DNA from: an uncultured Acidobacteriota bacterium
Lineage (GTDB): Bacteria; Acidobacteriota; UBA6911
Reading direction: 5' to 3'
DNA length: 64,000 nt
Assembly: GCA_963843575.1 (NCBI GenBank)
Contig: CAWJKZ010000015.1
Coordinates: 64,001-128,000 of the forward strand
Positions 18,561 to 27,678 of this stretch are shown piece by piece. Both the position numbers and the translations under genes were made by a program. Position 1 is the stretch's first letter; the number at the start of each line of letters is the position of its first letter. The notes below the pieces were generated by a model that saw only the letters and a list, made by a program, of their open reading frames with translations, searched no databases and was not told the DNA's origin.

Positions 18561-21023
18561 CTATTCGCAGCGCAGCGCGACGACGGGGTCGACCCGGCTC
18601 GCCCGTTGAGCCGGGAACCACACGGCGGCAAGGGCGACGGCCGCCAGCAGGATCGGGATTCCGACAAACACCGTGCGGTCCCACGCGCCGACGCCGAACA
18701 GGAAGCCGGACAGCAACCGGGTCAGCCCGAACGCCGAGGCGAGCCCGAGGGCGATCCCCGCCCCGGCCAGGATCATCCCCTGCCGAACGACCATCCTCCT
18801 GACGGTCGTCGAGCCCGCCCCCATGGCGATGCGGATCCCGATCTCGCGGGTCCGCTGCTGGACCGAGAACGCGATCAGTCCGTAGACCCCGATCGCGGCG
18901 AGCAGGAGAGCGGAACCGCCGAAGATCGACATGAGCAACATGTTGAACCGTTCGCGCGAGGTGGAGAGCGAGACGATCTCGCTCATGCTCTGGATGTCGG
19001 ACACCGGCAGCCCGGTAGCCTGGCGCAGCTGCTCCTGGACTTTGGCGCTGAGCGAGTAGGGATCCATTCGGGTGCGGACGACCCACGCCATCGGGGAGAT
19101 TCCGACGTTCAAGGCATTCGCGGCGTCGGGAACCTGCGCCTGCGGGATGAACATGGTCGGCGCGGGCTCGTTGTTGAGCCCGCCGTCGCGGCTGTCTGCG
19201 ACGACGCCGATGATCTGGCGCGGCTGCTCGTCGGCGAATTCCCTCATGACGCCTTTGCCGATCAGTAGCCGGTCGTTCAGCGGATCGCCGTCCTTCCAGT
19301 ACTGCCGGGCCATGGTCTCGTTGATGACGACGACCCGGGGCGCCAGGCTGTCGTCGCGCTCGGTGAACGCCCGGCCCCGTTTGACCGGGATCTTGAACAC
19401 GTCGAAGTAGCCCGGCGACGCGGTCGTCCAGCCGCCGCCGCCGTGGAAGGGCCCGTCCTGCAGCGGCCGGCCGACGATGACGAAGGGGAGTCCGTAGCCG
19501 CCCTGCAGCGGCACGCAGCACGTCGCGCTCGCCGCTTCCACGCCGGGCAGCGCCCTCATCCGCTCAACCCCGTCGCGGATGATCTGGTCCACCGCAGCCG
19601 ACTTGGCGAAACGCGGGCCGGTGAGCGACATGCGCATCGTCAGGACGTTTCGGGCGTCGAAGCCGGGATCGACCGAGCGCAGCGCGACGAAGGTCCGGAT
19701 CAGCAGCGCGGACCCGACCAGCAACACCAGCGCAAGGGCCACCTCAGCGACGACCAGGATGGAGCGCGTCTTGTTGTGCCGGAACCCGGTGCCCGAGCGC
19801 CCGCCCCCTTCCTTGAGCGTCGTGCTCAGGTCAGGGCGCGACCCCTGCAGCGCCGGGATCAGCCCGAACAGCAGCCCGGTCCCCACCGAGAGGAGGGCGG
19901 CGAAACCGGCCACCCGCCAGTCCAGCCCGACCAGGGAACCATCCGGGCCCAGCCGCGGGAGGTCAGCCGTGTTTATGGCCAGGAGAGCCTTGATGCCCGC
20001 CAGCCCGAGGATCAGGCCCAATGCGCCCCCCGCGACCGACAGCACCACGCTTTCGGCCAGCAGCTGGCGGACGATGGATGCCCGGCCGGCCCCGATGGCC
20101 GCCCGGATGGCGATCTCGTGGCTGCGTCGCGTGGCGCGCACGAGCAGCAGGTTGGCCACGTTCGCGCACGCGATCAGCAGCACGCACCCCACCGCCCCCG
20201 CCATCACCCACAACGTCGGGCGCACGTTGGCTACAACCGCCTCCTGCAACGGCGTAACGGTAAACCCGTTGTTCGCCCCGAGCCCGTTCGGGAACTTCTT
20301 CCGGTATGTCTCGGTCGAGACCTGTAGCAGCGCCCGGGCCTTCCCGAGCGCGATCCCGGGTTTCAACCGGCCAGCCACCCTGAAGTAATGTCCCTGGTCG
20401 GTGCTTTCGGGATCGAGCTGGAAGGGAAGCCACACCTCCGGCGACGGGCCGAACTCCTCCGCCTTGAATCCCGGCTCCACGACCCCGATCACGACGTACG
20501 GCTCGCCGCTCAGCAGGATCGTCCGGCCGAGCACTTCCGGATCGGCGGCGAAGCGCCGCACCCAGAGGCCGTGGCTGAGCACGATCGTCTTTTCCCCGCC
20601 AGGGCGGTCCTCCTCCGCGGAGAAGCTGCGACCCCGGAGGATCGACGCCCCGAAAAGACGGAAGTAGTCCGCGCTCACCTGACCGCTGCGGAGCTGTTCG
20701 GGGAACGTTCCACCCGTGTAGTTGACGATGCCGTCCCGAAACGCGGAGACGTACTCGAAGGCTGCCGACTGTTGACGCCAGTGAGCGAATTTCGCCGGCG
20801 AGGCGGCGGAAGACGTGCCGCGAGGCCCCGTGTTCATGAACATCACGAGGCTGTCGGGTTTGGGGAACGGGATCGGTTTGAGCAGCACCGCGTTCACGAC
20901 CGAAAAGATCGCCGTGTTCGCCCCGATGCCCAGGGCGAAGGCCGCCACCGCAGCGAAGGAAAAGCCGGGTGCCTTGCGGAATTGCCGTAGCGCGTGCCTG
21001 AGGTCCCTCAGCCAATTCTCCAT
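18561..21023 (-). CDS. ADOP/MacB-family duplicated ABC transporter permease
   Basis: DLRHALR..PGF, GIGANTAIFS, LLIACANVANLLL, REIGIRIA and RASRVDP motifs. Confidence 0.92.
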   Translation of the reverse strand: MENWLRDLRHALRQFRKAPGFSFAAVAAFALGIGANTAIFSVVNAVLLKPIPFPKPDSLVMFMNTGPRGTSSAASPAKFAHWRQQSAAFEYVSAFRDGIVNYTGGTFPEQLRSGQVSADYFRLFGASILRGRSFSAEEDRPGGEKTIVLSHGLWVRRFAADPEVLGRTILLSGEPYVVIGVVEPGFKAEEFGPSPEVWLPFQLDPESTDQGHYFRVAGRLKPGIALGKARALLQVSTETYRKKFPNGLGANNGFTVTPLQEAVVANVRPTLWVMAGAVGCVLLIACANVANLLLVRATRRSHEIAIRAAIGAGRASIVRQLLAESVVLSVAGGALGLILGLAGIKALLAINTADLPRLGPDGSLVGLDWRVAGFAALLSVGTGLLFGLIPALQGSRPDLSTTLKEGGGRSGTGFRHNKTRSILVVAEVALALVLLVGSALLIRTFVALRSVDPGFDARNVLTMRMSLTGPRFAKSAAVDQIIRDGVERMRALPGVEAASATCCVPLQGGYGLPFVIVGRPLQDGPFHGGGGWTTASPGYFDVFKIPVKRGRAFTERDDSLAPRVVVINETMARQYWKDGDPLNDRLLIGKGVMREFADEQPRQIIGVVADSRDGGLNNEPAPTMFIPQAQVPDAANALNVGISPMAWVVRTRMDPYSLSAKVQEQLRQATGLPVSDIQSMSEIVSLSTSRERFNMLLMSIFGGSALLLAAIGVYGLIAFSVQQRTREIGIRIAMGAGSTTVRRMVVRQGMILAGAGIALGLASAFGLTRLLSGFLFGVGAWDRTVFVGIPILLAAVALAAVWFPAQRASRVDPVVALRCE

Positions 21024-21164
21024 GTCCACCCCCGGATCTTTCTATTAAGACGATACCAGAAGCCGGAAAGCCCGGAAAAAATATGGAAAATTCCCGTGGG
21101 ACGGATTTGGCAGGCATATTTTTCAGGACGCAGAACAACACGGGCGATGAAAAACAAAAGCCAA

Positions 21165-21330
21165 AACAGAACGCAGATTCCGCGGATCCAACGGATTCAC
21201 GCGGATCGACTGCCGCCTGTCGCCAGGTCGACCTGTGGGGATCCGCGCGCATCCGCGTCCTGACAAATACTTTGGCGTACTTGCGCCGCACTCCAGATTA
21301 GGACAGCCTCTGAAGCCCGGACCCACTTGA
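21165..21330. repeat. Composite REP cluster (three repeat families)
   Basis: acgcggat..atccgcgcgcatccgcgtcc, cgccgcactcca and tgaagcccggacccac units. Confidence 0.7.
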
Positions 21331-22761
21331 GTCCACTTTGGCGAGGCCGGAGAGGTGATCCAGGATGGCTTCGCCGTCTTCGAGACGGGTGCGCGGATTC
21401 ATGACGGTCATCCGCAAAACCTGGCGTCCCTCGAGCCTCGCCGTCGTGATCCAGCCGTGGCCGGAATCGTTGAGCCGCCGGCGCAGCTCCGCGTTGAGGG
21501 CGTCGAGCCGGGCGTCGTCGAGGGAGCGGTCGCCGACATATCGGAAGCAGAGGATGTTGCATTCGGGCTCCGGGCCGGCCTCGAAGTCTCCCCGGCGGCG
21601 CACCGCGTCGTGGATGGCGGCGGCCGTCGCGCACAGGTGATCGTAGAGTACCCCGAACGCGGCGGTGCCGTAGCGCTCGAGCGCCACCCAGAGTTTCAGT
21701 ACATCGGCCCGGCGCGAACACTGGAAACTGCGGACCCCCTGGTCCCACACGCGCTCTCCGCCGCCGCCGTGAAACAGGTAGGGGGCCCGCTGGGCGAAGG
21801 CCGCCTCCAGGAGCCGCTCTTCGCGCACGAGGACTACGCCCGTGGAGAGCGGCAGCAGCATCATCTTATGCGGATCCCACGAGAGGGAGCTGGCGAGGTG
21901 GAGCCCCGCCAGGCGGTGTCGGTGACGTGCGGAAAGCAGGGCCGAGGCGCCGTGGCAGCCGTCGACGTGCAGCCAGATCCCGCGCTCGGCGCAGAGTCGG
22001 CCGACCCGCTCGAGGTCGTCGAAGCGCCCGGTCGCGGTGGACCCGGCCGTCGCCACGACCGCCACGACGGTGCGCCCTTCGACGGCCAGGCGGTCGAGTT
22101 CGCGGGCGAGCCGGCCGGTGTCCTCCCGGAAGGATGCCGGGGGGAGCGAAAGGCAGTTGCGCGCCCCGAGCCCCAACTCGGCCGCGGCGCGCGAGACGGA
22201 ATAGTGGGACTGCTCTCCCGCGATTACGACGGCTCCGGCAGTGACGCCGGATTCCCAGGAGTCGGGGAAGGCGGCGGCTCGCGCCGCCAGCAGCGCTGTA
22301 AAGGTGGCCTCGGTCCCCCCGGAGGTAAACACCCCTCCCGCTCCCTCGCCGAACCCGGCCAGGCCCGACATCCAGCGTACGAGCCGGGTCTCGAGCGCAG
22401 TCGCCAGCGGCGACATCTCCGCCACCGCCATGGACTGGTTCAACGCGCCGATCACTGGCTCGGCCCAGATCGCCGCCGGAAGCGGGGGCGAAACCTGATG
22501 TCCGAGACAGCGCGGGTGATAGAGCCAATTGCTGTTGGGCAGCAGGTCCCGCTCGAGCCGTTCGACGACCTCCGCGGACGGGCTCCCCTGCTCCGGCGGA
22601 GCCTGCGCCAGCGCCAGGAGGCTCCCCGGTGCCCCTGGCACCGGCTTTCCCCCGCCCCGGCTGGTCTGCAGGTATCGGACGGCCATCCGGACGTACGGCC
22701 CGGCGGCGCCGGGCTGCATGTCCTCTTCCAGCATAAGAAGAACTTCGTCGAGGGTTGGCAT
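21298..22761 (-). CDS. Group II PLP-dependent decarboxylase
   Basis: GVFTSGGTEA, HYSV, ATAGST, WLHVDG and WDPHK (PLP lysine) motifs. Confidence 0.9.
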   Translation of the reverse strand: MPTLDEVLLMLEEDMQPGAAGPYVRMAVRYLQTSRGGGKPVPGAPGSLLALAQAPPEQGSPSAEVVERLERDLLPNSNWLYHPRCLGHQVSPPLPAAIWAEPVIGALNQSMAVAEMSPLATALETRLVRWMSGLAGFGEGAGGVFTSGGTEATFTALLAARAAAFPDSWESGVTAGAVVIAGEQSHYSVSRAAAELGLGARNCLSLPPASFREDTGRLARELDRLAVEGRTVVAVVATAGSTATGRFDDLERVGRLCAERGIWLHVDGCHGASALLSARHRHRLAGLHLASSLSWDPHKMMLLPLSTGVVLVREERLLEAAFAQRAPYLFHGGGGERVWDQGVRSFQCSRRADVLKLWVALERYGTAAFGVLYDHLCATAAAIHDAVRRRGDFEAGPEPECNILCFRYVGDRSLDDARLDALNAELRRRLNDSGHGWITTARLEGRQVLRMTVMNPRTRLEDGEAILDHLSGLAKVDSSGSGLQRLS

Positions 22762-22982
22762 GGGGGACTCTTGTACCGCAGCCTGATCCCGAATTACAGT
22801 CCAAGTTGGGTTGCGTTGTGCGGGACGGGAAAATTTCCCTGAAAAGGGCCGAGACACGATCCCGCCGGCGAGTTTCGGCTCAACGCCGGCGACACTCCGC
22901 GCTGTGGTCAGGATATTGCCTGTACCAGGAAGCCGTCTCCTGTGAGGGAGGGGGCCCGAAACTCACACAGGAGACCACGCGC

Positions 22983-23549
22983 GTGAAACTCTCCCGACTT
23001 TACCTCTTAGCGATCTCCGCCGCCCTGCTGGTCGGTTGCGCCCGCCAACAGGGCAAGCCCGGCGCAGACGGCGCTTCCAGACGGGGCGCGGCCGCCCGCA
23101 TCGATACCGTTCAGGATTCGGTTGACACACCCCGCCGCCTCGAATCGTTCTCGTGGAACCCGGTAAAACACCGGCTGACCTGGGATATTTCCCGGGGCGA
23201 GCACAAAACCGGGGAAAAGGAATACCACCCGGTCTCGACGGACCACTACGAGATCTACATGGACGACGCCACCATGACGTACAACGGTGAGACGCGTCGC
23301 TTCAACGAAAACGAGGCAACGAAGGTGCGGGTCGTCATGGACGTGATTTCACGGTACGCGGCCGATTCCACGGTATGGTGGGAGGAAGGCCAGGGGGACC
23401 CGGTCGACGGCAAGGGCAACACCCCGGCCACCCCGCGCACCAGGCGGAAGCCCCTAACGGTTGCGGCGCCCGCCCAGATAGTGAGCGTGCCGGGAGCGCT
23501 CTTTCATGTGGAGTGCGGCGCCTCGGCGCCGCTTTCCCGTACGTTCTAG
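22983..23549 (+). CDS. Hypothetical lipoprotein
   Basis: GTG after AGGAG; lipobox LLVGC; C-terminus runs into a REP. Confidence 0.65.
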   Translation: MKLSRLYLLAISAALLVGCARQQGKPGADGASRRGAAARIDTVQDSVDTPRRLESFSWNPVKHRLTWDISRGEHKTGEKEYHPVSTDHYEIYMDDATMTYNGETRRFNENEATKVRVVMDVISRYAADSTVWWEEGQGDPVDGKGNTPATPRTRRKPLTVAAPAQIVSVPGALFHVECGASAPLSRTF

Positions 23550-23660
23550 GGCCAAAATACCCGGCGCCTCGGAGCCATGCCGGATCCCGACATTGCGGTG
23601 AGCATGAAGGGGCGGCGCCCAGGCGCCGCCTGGAAAGCGGCGTCGAGCCGCCGCACTCCA
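23508..23660. repeat. GGAGTGCGGCG REP doublet
   Basis: gtggagtgcggcgcctcggcgccgc ... gcggcgtcgagccgccgcactcca. Confidence 0.8.
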
Positions 23661-23680
23661 GGTGCTATACTCATTTAAAT

Positions 23681-24970
23681 ATGCGCAAGATCGTGGCCGT
23701 GCTGCTGGCGGTTTGCGCTCTGGGACCGTTCGCGGTTGGGCAGGAGCGCAAGGACCGATCCTGGGTGCTGCAGCCGGCGCGTGTTTTTGACGCCACGGAC
23801 GGCAAGACGCGAGACGGGTGGATCGTGGTAGTCACGGGCAACCGTATCGCCGCCGTCGGACCCTCCCGCGAGACGCCCGTGCCGCCGGACGCCGAGAGGA
23901 TCGAGCTCCCCGGCATGACACTCCTGCCCGGGCTGATCGACGCACACTCGCACATCTTCCTCCACCCCTACAACGAAACGCTCTGGAACGACCAAGTCCT
24001 GAAGGAGGCGCCGGCATACCGGACCGTCAGGGCCGTCCAGCACGTGCGGGAAACGCTAATGGCAGGGTTCACGACCCTGCGCGATCTCGGCACCGAAGGG
24101 GCGGGCTATGCCGATCTCTCGATGCGGCAGGCCATCGAGGAGGGATTGATCCCGGGGCCGCGTCTGTCGGTGGCGACCCTGGCGATCGTCGCCACGGCGA
24201 GCTACGGGCCGGGGCCGCGCGGGTTCGCACCGGACTTGGTCCTGCCGCAGGGCGCGCAGCCCGCGAGCGGGGCCGCGGAGATCCTGAAAGCCGTGCGCGA
24301 ACAGGCAGGACACGGCGCCGACTGGATAAAAGTCTACGCCGATTACCGGCGCGGCCCCGGCGGCGTCGCCGCCCCGACTTTCAGCCTGGAAGAGCTGCGC
24401 GTCCTGGTCGACGAGGCCCACTCGTCGGGCAGGCCCGTGTCGGCTCACGCGACCACGCCCGAAGGGATGCGCCGCGCCGCACTCGCCGGGGTCGACTCGA
24501 TCGAACACGGTTACGGCGGCACCGACGAGGTGTTCCAGTTGATGGCCAAACAGGGGATCGCGTACCTCCCTACCCTGGCCGCGGACGAAGCCTACGCCGA
24601 GTACTTCGACGGCTACAGGCAGGGGCAGCCGCCGACACCGGCCATGAAGGACGCGATCGCCGCCTTCGGCCGCGCCCTGAAGGCGGGCGTGACGATCGGG
24701 CTCGGGAGCGACGTCGGCGTGTTTGCGCACGGCACCAACTGCCGGGAACTCGAGCTGATGGTGCGCTACGGGATGACTGCGACCCAGGGGCTGATGGCGG
24801 CTACCGCGGTAAACGCGAAAATCCTCCGCATGCAGGACCGCATCGGCCAGATCCGCCCCGGGATGCTCGCCGACGTCATCGCCGTCGCCGGGGACCCGTC
24901 CGCGCGCATCGAGGCGGCACGCGACGTGCGCCTCGTCATGAAGAACGGTGTCCTCTACCGGCGCCCGTGA
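23681..24970 (+). CDS. Amidohydrolase family protein (Xaa-Pro dipeptidase-like)
   Basis: PGLIDAHSH, GFTTLRDLG, SIEHG and GSD motifs; signal peptide. Confidence 0.9.
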   Translation: MRKIVAVLLAVCALGPFAVGQERKDRSWVLQPARVFDATDGKTRDGWIVVVTGNRIAAVGPSRETPVPPDAERIELPGMTLLPGLIDAHSHIFLHPYNETLWNDQVLKEAPAYRTVRAVQHVRETLMAGFTTLRDLGTEGAGYADLSMRQAIEEGLIPGPRLSVATLAIVATASYGPGPRGFAPDLVLPQGAQPASGAAEILKAVREQAGHGADWIKVYADYRRGPGGVAAPTFSLEELRVLVDEAHSSGRPVSAHATTPEGMRRAALAGVDSIEHGYGGTDEVFQLMAKQGIAYLPTLAADEAYAEYFDGYRQGQPPTPAMKDAIAAFGRALKAGVTIGLGSDVGVFAHGTNCRELELMVRYGMTATQGLMAATAVNAKILRMQDRIGQIRPGMLADVIAVAGDPSARIEAARDVRLVMKNGVLYRRP

Positions 24971-25143
24971 CGCCGGCGTCATTCCGGTTTTTTCCTTTTC
25001 ATTATCTTTTCTTTTGTGTTAAAGAGGTCGCGGGGGCAGCAACCCTCGGTTGCAGGCCCCGGCGGACGCGCGCCTTCCGGCAACGGCCGGCGGAGGCGCC
25101 AAAAAGGCGTCCAGTGCCGGATTATTGATGGAGGTCAAAATAC

Positions 25144-25986
25144 ATGCTTAATCGGTACAGAATCGCTCTGTGTGTCATTCTGACGCTGGTTGCCGTGATG
25201 GTGGTCTGGGCACAGGCCCCGCGGGGAACCCCCGCGAACCCCGAAGACATCACGACCTGGCGCGGCAAGACGATTATTATGTTCGCCCCGCACGAGGACG
25301 ACGATCTGGCGTCTGCGGGCACGATGGCCATATTGAGGAAGAACGGGAACACCGTCTACATCGTCATGTACACCAGCGGTAACAAGGGCTCCCGCGACCT
25401 GGACATGACCGCCGAGCGGCTCGCCCAGATCCGCAGGCAGGAAGACCTGGCCGCGAACAAGGTCGTGGGGATTCCGCCGGAAAACATCTTTTACCTGGGC
25501 TACGACGACGGGATGCTCGAATATGTCCCTCAGAAGGAGATCGTGGAAAAGGTCTGCTGGTTCATCCGCAAGTACCGGCCCGACGCACTGTTCAGCATGG
25601 ACCCGGGCGACAAGTGGGTGAAGTGGTACAAGACCGACCACCGCGCCTCCGCCCTGCTGACGGCCGACGGCGCCCGCGCCGCGGCCTACCACCTCTATTT
25701 CCCGCAACACCGGATCAACGACGGGCTCCAGCCCTTCACGGTCCGCGACTGGTTCTTCTGGAGCTCCCACGAGCCGAACTTCAAGGTCGACATCTCCAGC
25801 GTGGCCGAACTGAAGTGGGAAGCCGCCACCAAGCACACCAGCCAGTTCGGGAAAGGGAACCTGAAGTACACCGGCCCCGAGATGGATCCGGAAACCAAGG
25901 AACAAATGCGTAACCGGGTGCGCAAGGACCCCGACGGCAAGGTGTACGAGCGCTTCCGCAGGCTGCAGGAATCCCTGTCGTTCTGA
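25144..25986 (+). CDS. PIG-L family deacetylase
   Basis: APHEDDD, TSGNKG, DH and HTSQF motifs. Confidence 0.88.
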   Translation: MLNRYRIALCVILTLVAVMVVWAQAPRGTPANPEDITTWRGKTIIMFAPHEDDDLASAGTMAILRKNGNTVYIVMYTSGNKGSRDLDMTAERLAQIRRQEDLAANKVVGIPPENIFYLGYDDGMLEYVPQKEIVEKVCWFIRKYRPDALFSMDPGDKWVKWYKTDHRASALLTADGARAAAYHLYFPQHRINDGLQPFTVRDWFFWSSHEPNFKVDISSVAELKWEAATKHTSQFGKGNLKYTGPEMDPETKEQMRNRVRKDPDGKVYERFRRLQESLSF

Positions 25987-26012
25987 TCGGGTTTTTCCGG
26001 CTGGCAGCAAAC

Positions 26013-26043
26013 GGGGCCCGGTACGCCGGGCCCCTCCCTTTTG
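26013..26043 (+). terminator. Possible intrinsic terminator
   Basis: ggggcccgg-tacg-ccgggcccc hairpin followed by a short pyrimidine/T tract. Confidence 0.45.
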
Positions 26044-26062
26044 ATGACGAGGTGGCACCGAG

Positions 26063-26971
26063 ATGAGCAATCCCAAGGTTGATGAGAGCAGGAAAGATCC
26101 CGCACCCGCCACGTTCAAGAGGCTCTGGCTCGTCTTCGCCGTGGTCACCACGGTTTTCTGGGGCATCTGGGGCGCCTTCATCGAGATACCCGAGAAGGCC
26201 GGATTCCCGGCGACGCTGGGCTACACCGTCTGGGCGCTCGTAATGATCCCGCCGGCACTCGTCGCCCTGGCCGTCATCCGTTTCAAGCTGGAGTACAACC
26301 TGCGCGCCGTGGCGCTCGGATCCGCCGTCGGCCTGCTCGGCGCCGGCGGTCAGCTGATCCTGTTCGAAGCGTTGCGCACCGGCCCGGCCTACCTCGTGTT
26401 TCCCATCATCTCGATGTACCCCGTCATCACCGTCCTGATGTCGACGACCCTGCTGCACGAGCGCGCGTCGCGCCGCTCCTGGATCGGGATCGGGCTGGCG
26501 CTGCCGGCCGTCGTAATGCTTTCCTACGTCCCCCCGGGGAACACCGCCGTCCACGGCTACGGCTGGCTCGCGCTCGCGGCCCTCGTCTCGCTGGCCTGGG
26601 GGCTGCAGGCCTACGTGATGAAGTTCGCGACCAACACGATCAGGGCGGAAAGCGTCTTCTTCTACATGATGCTGACCGCCGTCCTGCTCATCCCCTTCGC
26701 CATCGCGATGACCGATTTCTCGCGCCCGATCGAGTGGGGATTCCGCGGCCCTTACCTGGCCGCCCTGATCCAGGCGCTGAACTCCATCGGGGCCCTGACG
26801 CTCGTTTACGCCCTGCGCTACGGCAAGGCGATCATCGTGGTGCCGATGACGGCGCTCGCCCCCGTCCTGACCGTCGTCCTCTCGCTCATCCTCTACCAGG
26901 TCGTGCCGACCCCCGTCGTCGCCGCCGGCATCGTCTTCGCATCCATCGCCATGGTCCTGATGGCCGAGTAA
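26063..26971 (+). CDS. DMT/EamA family transporter
   Basis: About 10 TM helices in two EamA repeats (FWGIWG; LLHER). Confidence 0.88.
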   Translation: MSNPKVDESRKDPAPATFKRLWLVFAVVTTVFWGIWGAFIEIPEKAGFPATLGYTVWALVMIPPALVALAVIRFKLEYNLRAVALGSAVGLLGAGGQLILFEALRTGPAYLVFPIISMYPVITVLMSTTLLHERASRRSWIGIGLALPAVVMLSYVPPGNTAVHGYGWLALAALVSLAWGLQAYVMKFATNTIRAESVFFYMMLTAVLLIPFAIAMTDFSRPIEWGFRGPYLAALIQALNSIGALTLVYALRYGKAIIVVPMTALAPVLTVVLSLILYQVVPTPVVAAGIVFASIAMVLMAE

Positions 26972-27323
26972 TGGAGTGCGGCGCCTCGGCCTGCCTCGGC
27001 GCCGATGCGCCCACCCCAAAGCGGCGTCGAGCCGCCGCACTCCACAGGCTGTCCAACGTTTGAACCACCGGCCCTACCCGCAGAACAAGTCTGCATTCAG
27101 TAGCGACAGCAAACTCGAAGCGGTGGGCGCCGATGCGCCCACCCCAAAGCGGCGTCGAGCCGCCGCGCTCCACAGGCTGTCCAACGATTGAACCACCGGC
27201 CCTACCCGCAGAACAAGTGGGTCCGGGCTTCAGCCCGGACGTCTTTGGGTCCGCCCTGTTTGGCGATAGTTGCGTTCAACAGCGACAGCAAACTGCGTCC
27301 GGGCTGAAGCCCGGACCCACTTG
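26972..27323. repeat. BIME-like REP mosaic with a 93-bp direct duplication
   Basis: 26998-27090 vs 27126-27218 (2 mismatches), plus an inverted gtccgggcttcagcccggac pair. Confidence 0.8.
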
Positions 27324-27402
27324 TCTTTGCCGTCACACAAACAAACGAAATTGGGAAGATCTGCGTTACGCACGATTGTGGCTTGTTATTGTTTATTTAT
27401 CT

Positions 27403-27431
27403 TTGCTGTTGCTTTGCCATTGTGCTATAAA
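27403..27431 (+). promoter_or_regulatory. Putative sigma70 promoter with no downstream sense gene
   Basis: TTGCTG-17-TATAAA with extended -10 TG and an AT-rich upstream tract. Confidence 0.4.
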
Positions 27432-27634
27432 CGGCGGCGTTAGGTTGGCCCCGCCCGGGGAGCGGCATAGTGCGCGGGACGTCGGCGGAAAAGATCGCCC
27501 CCGGGTCGGGTCCGGCCCGATGCTTGGATCGCGGGATCTTTGCGAGTTTTCCATCGGGACGCGACCGTGGATGCGGGAATCGTCGGGGTGCTCTCAAGCG
27601 GAGCGCCGCATTGCGCATCGCGTTCCGGCCCTTC

Positions 27635-27670
27635 GAGGGGCAGGCCCAGCCTGCCCCTCTTTCTTTTTTC
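27635..27670 (+). terminator. Intrinsic terminator
   Basis: gaggggcaggc-cca-gcctgcccctc followed by tttcttttttc. Confidence 0.7.
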
Positions 27671-27678
27671 TTTCCCTT

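Noticed and set aside
26972-27323. CRISPR array
   Set aside because: Only two long (93-bp) units built from dispersed REP sequences; no regular 25-45-bp repeat-spacer series and no cas genes.
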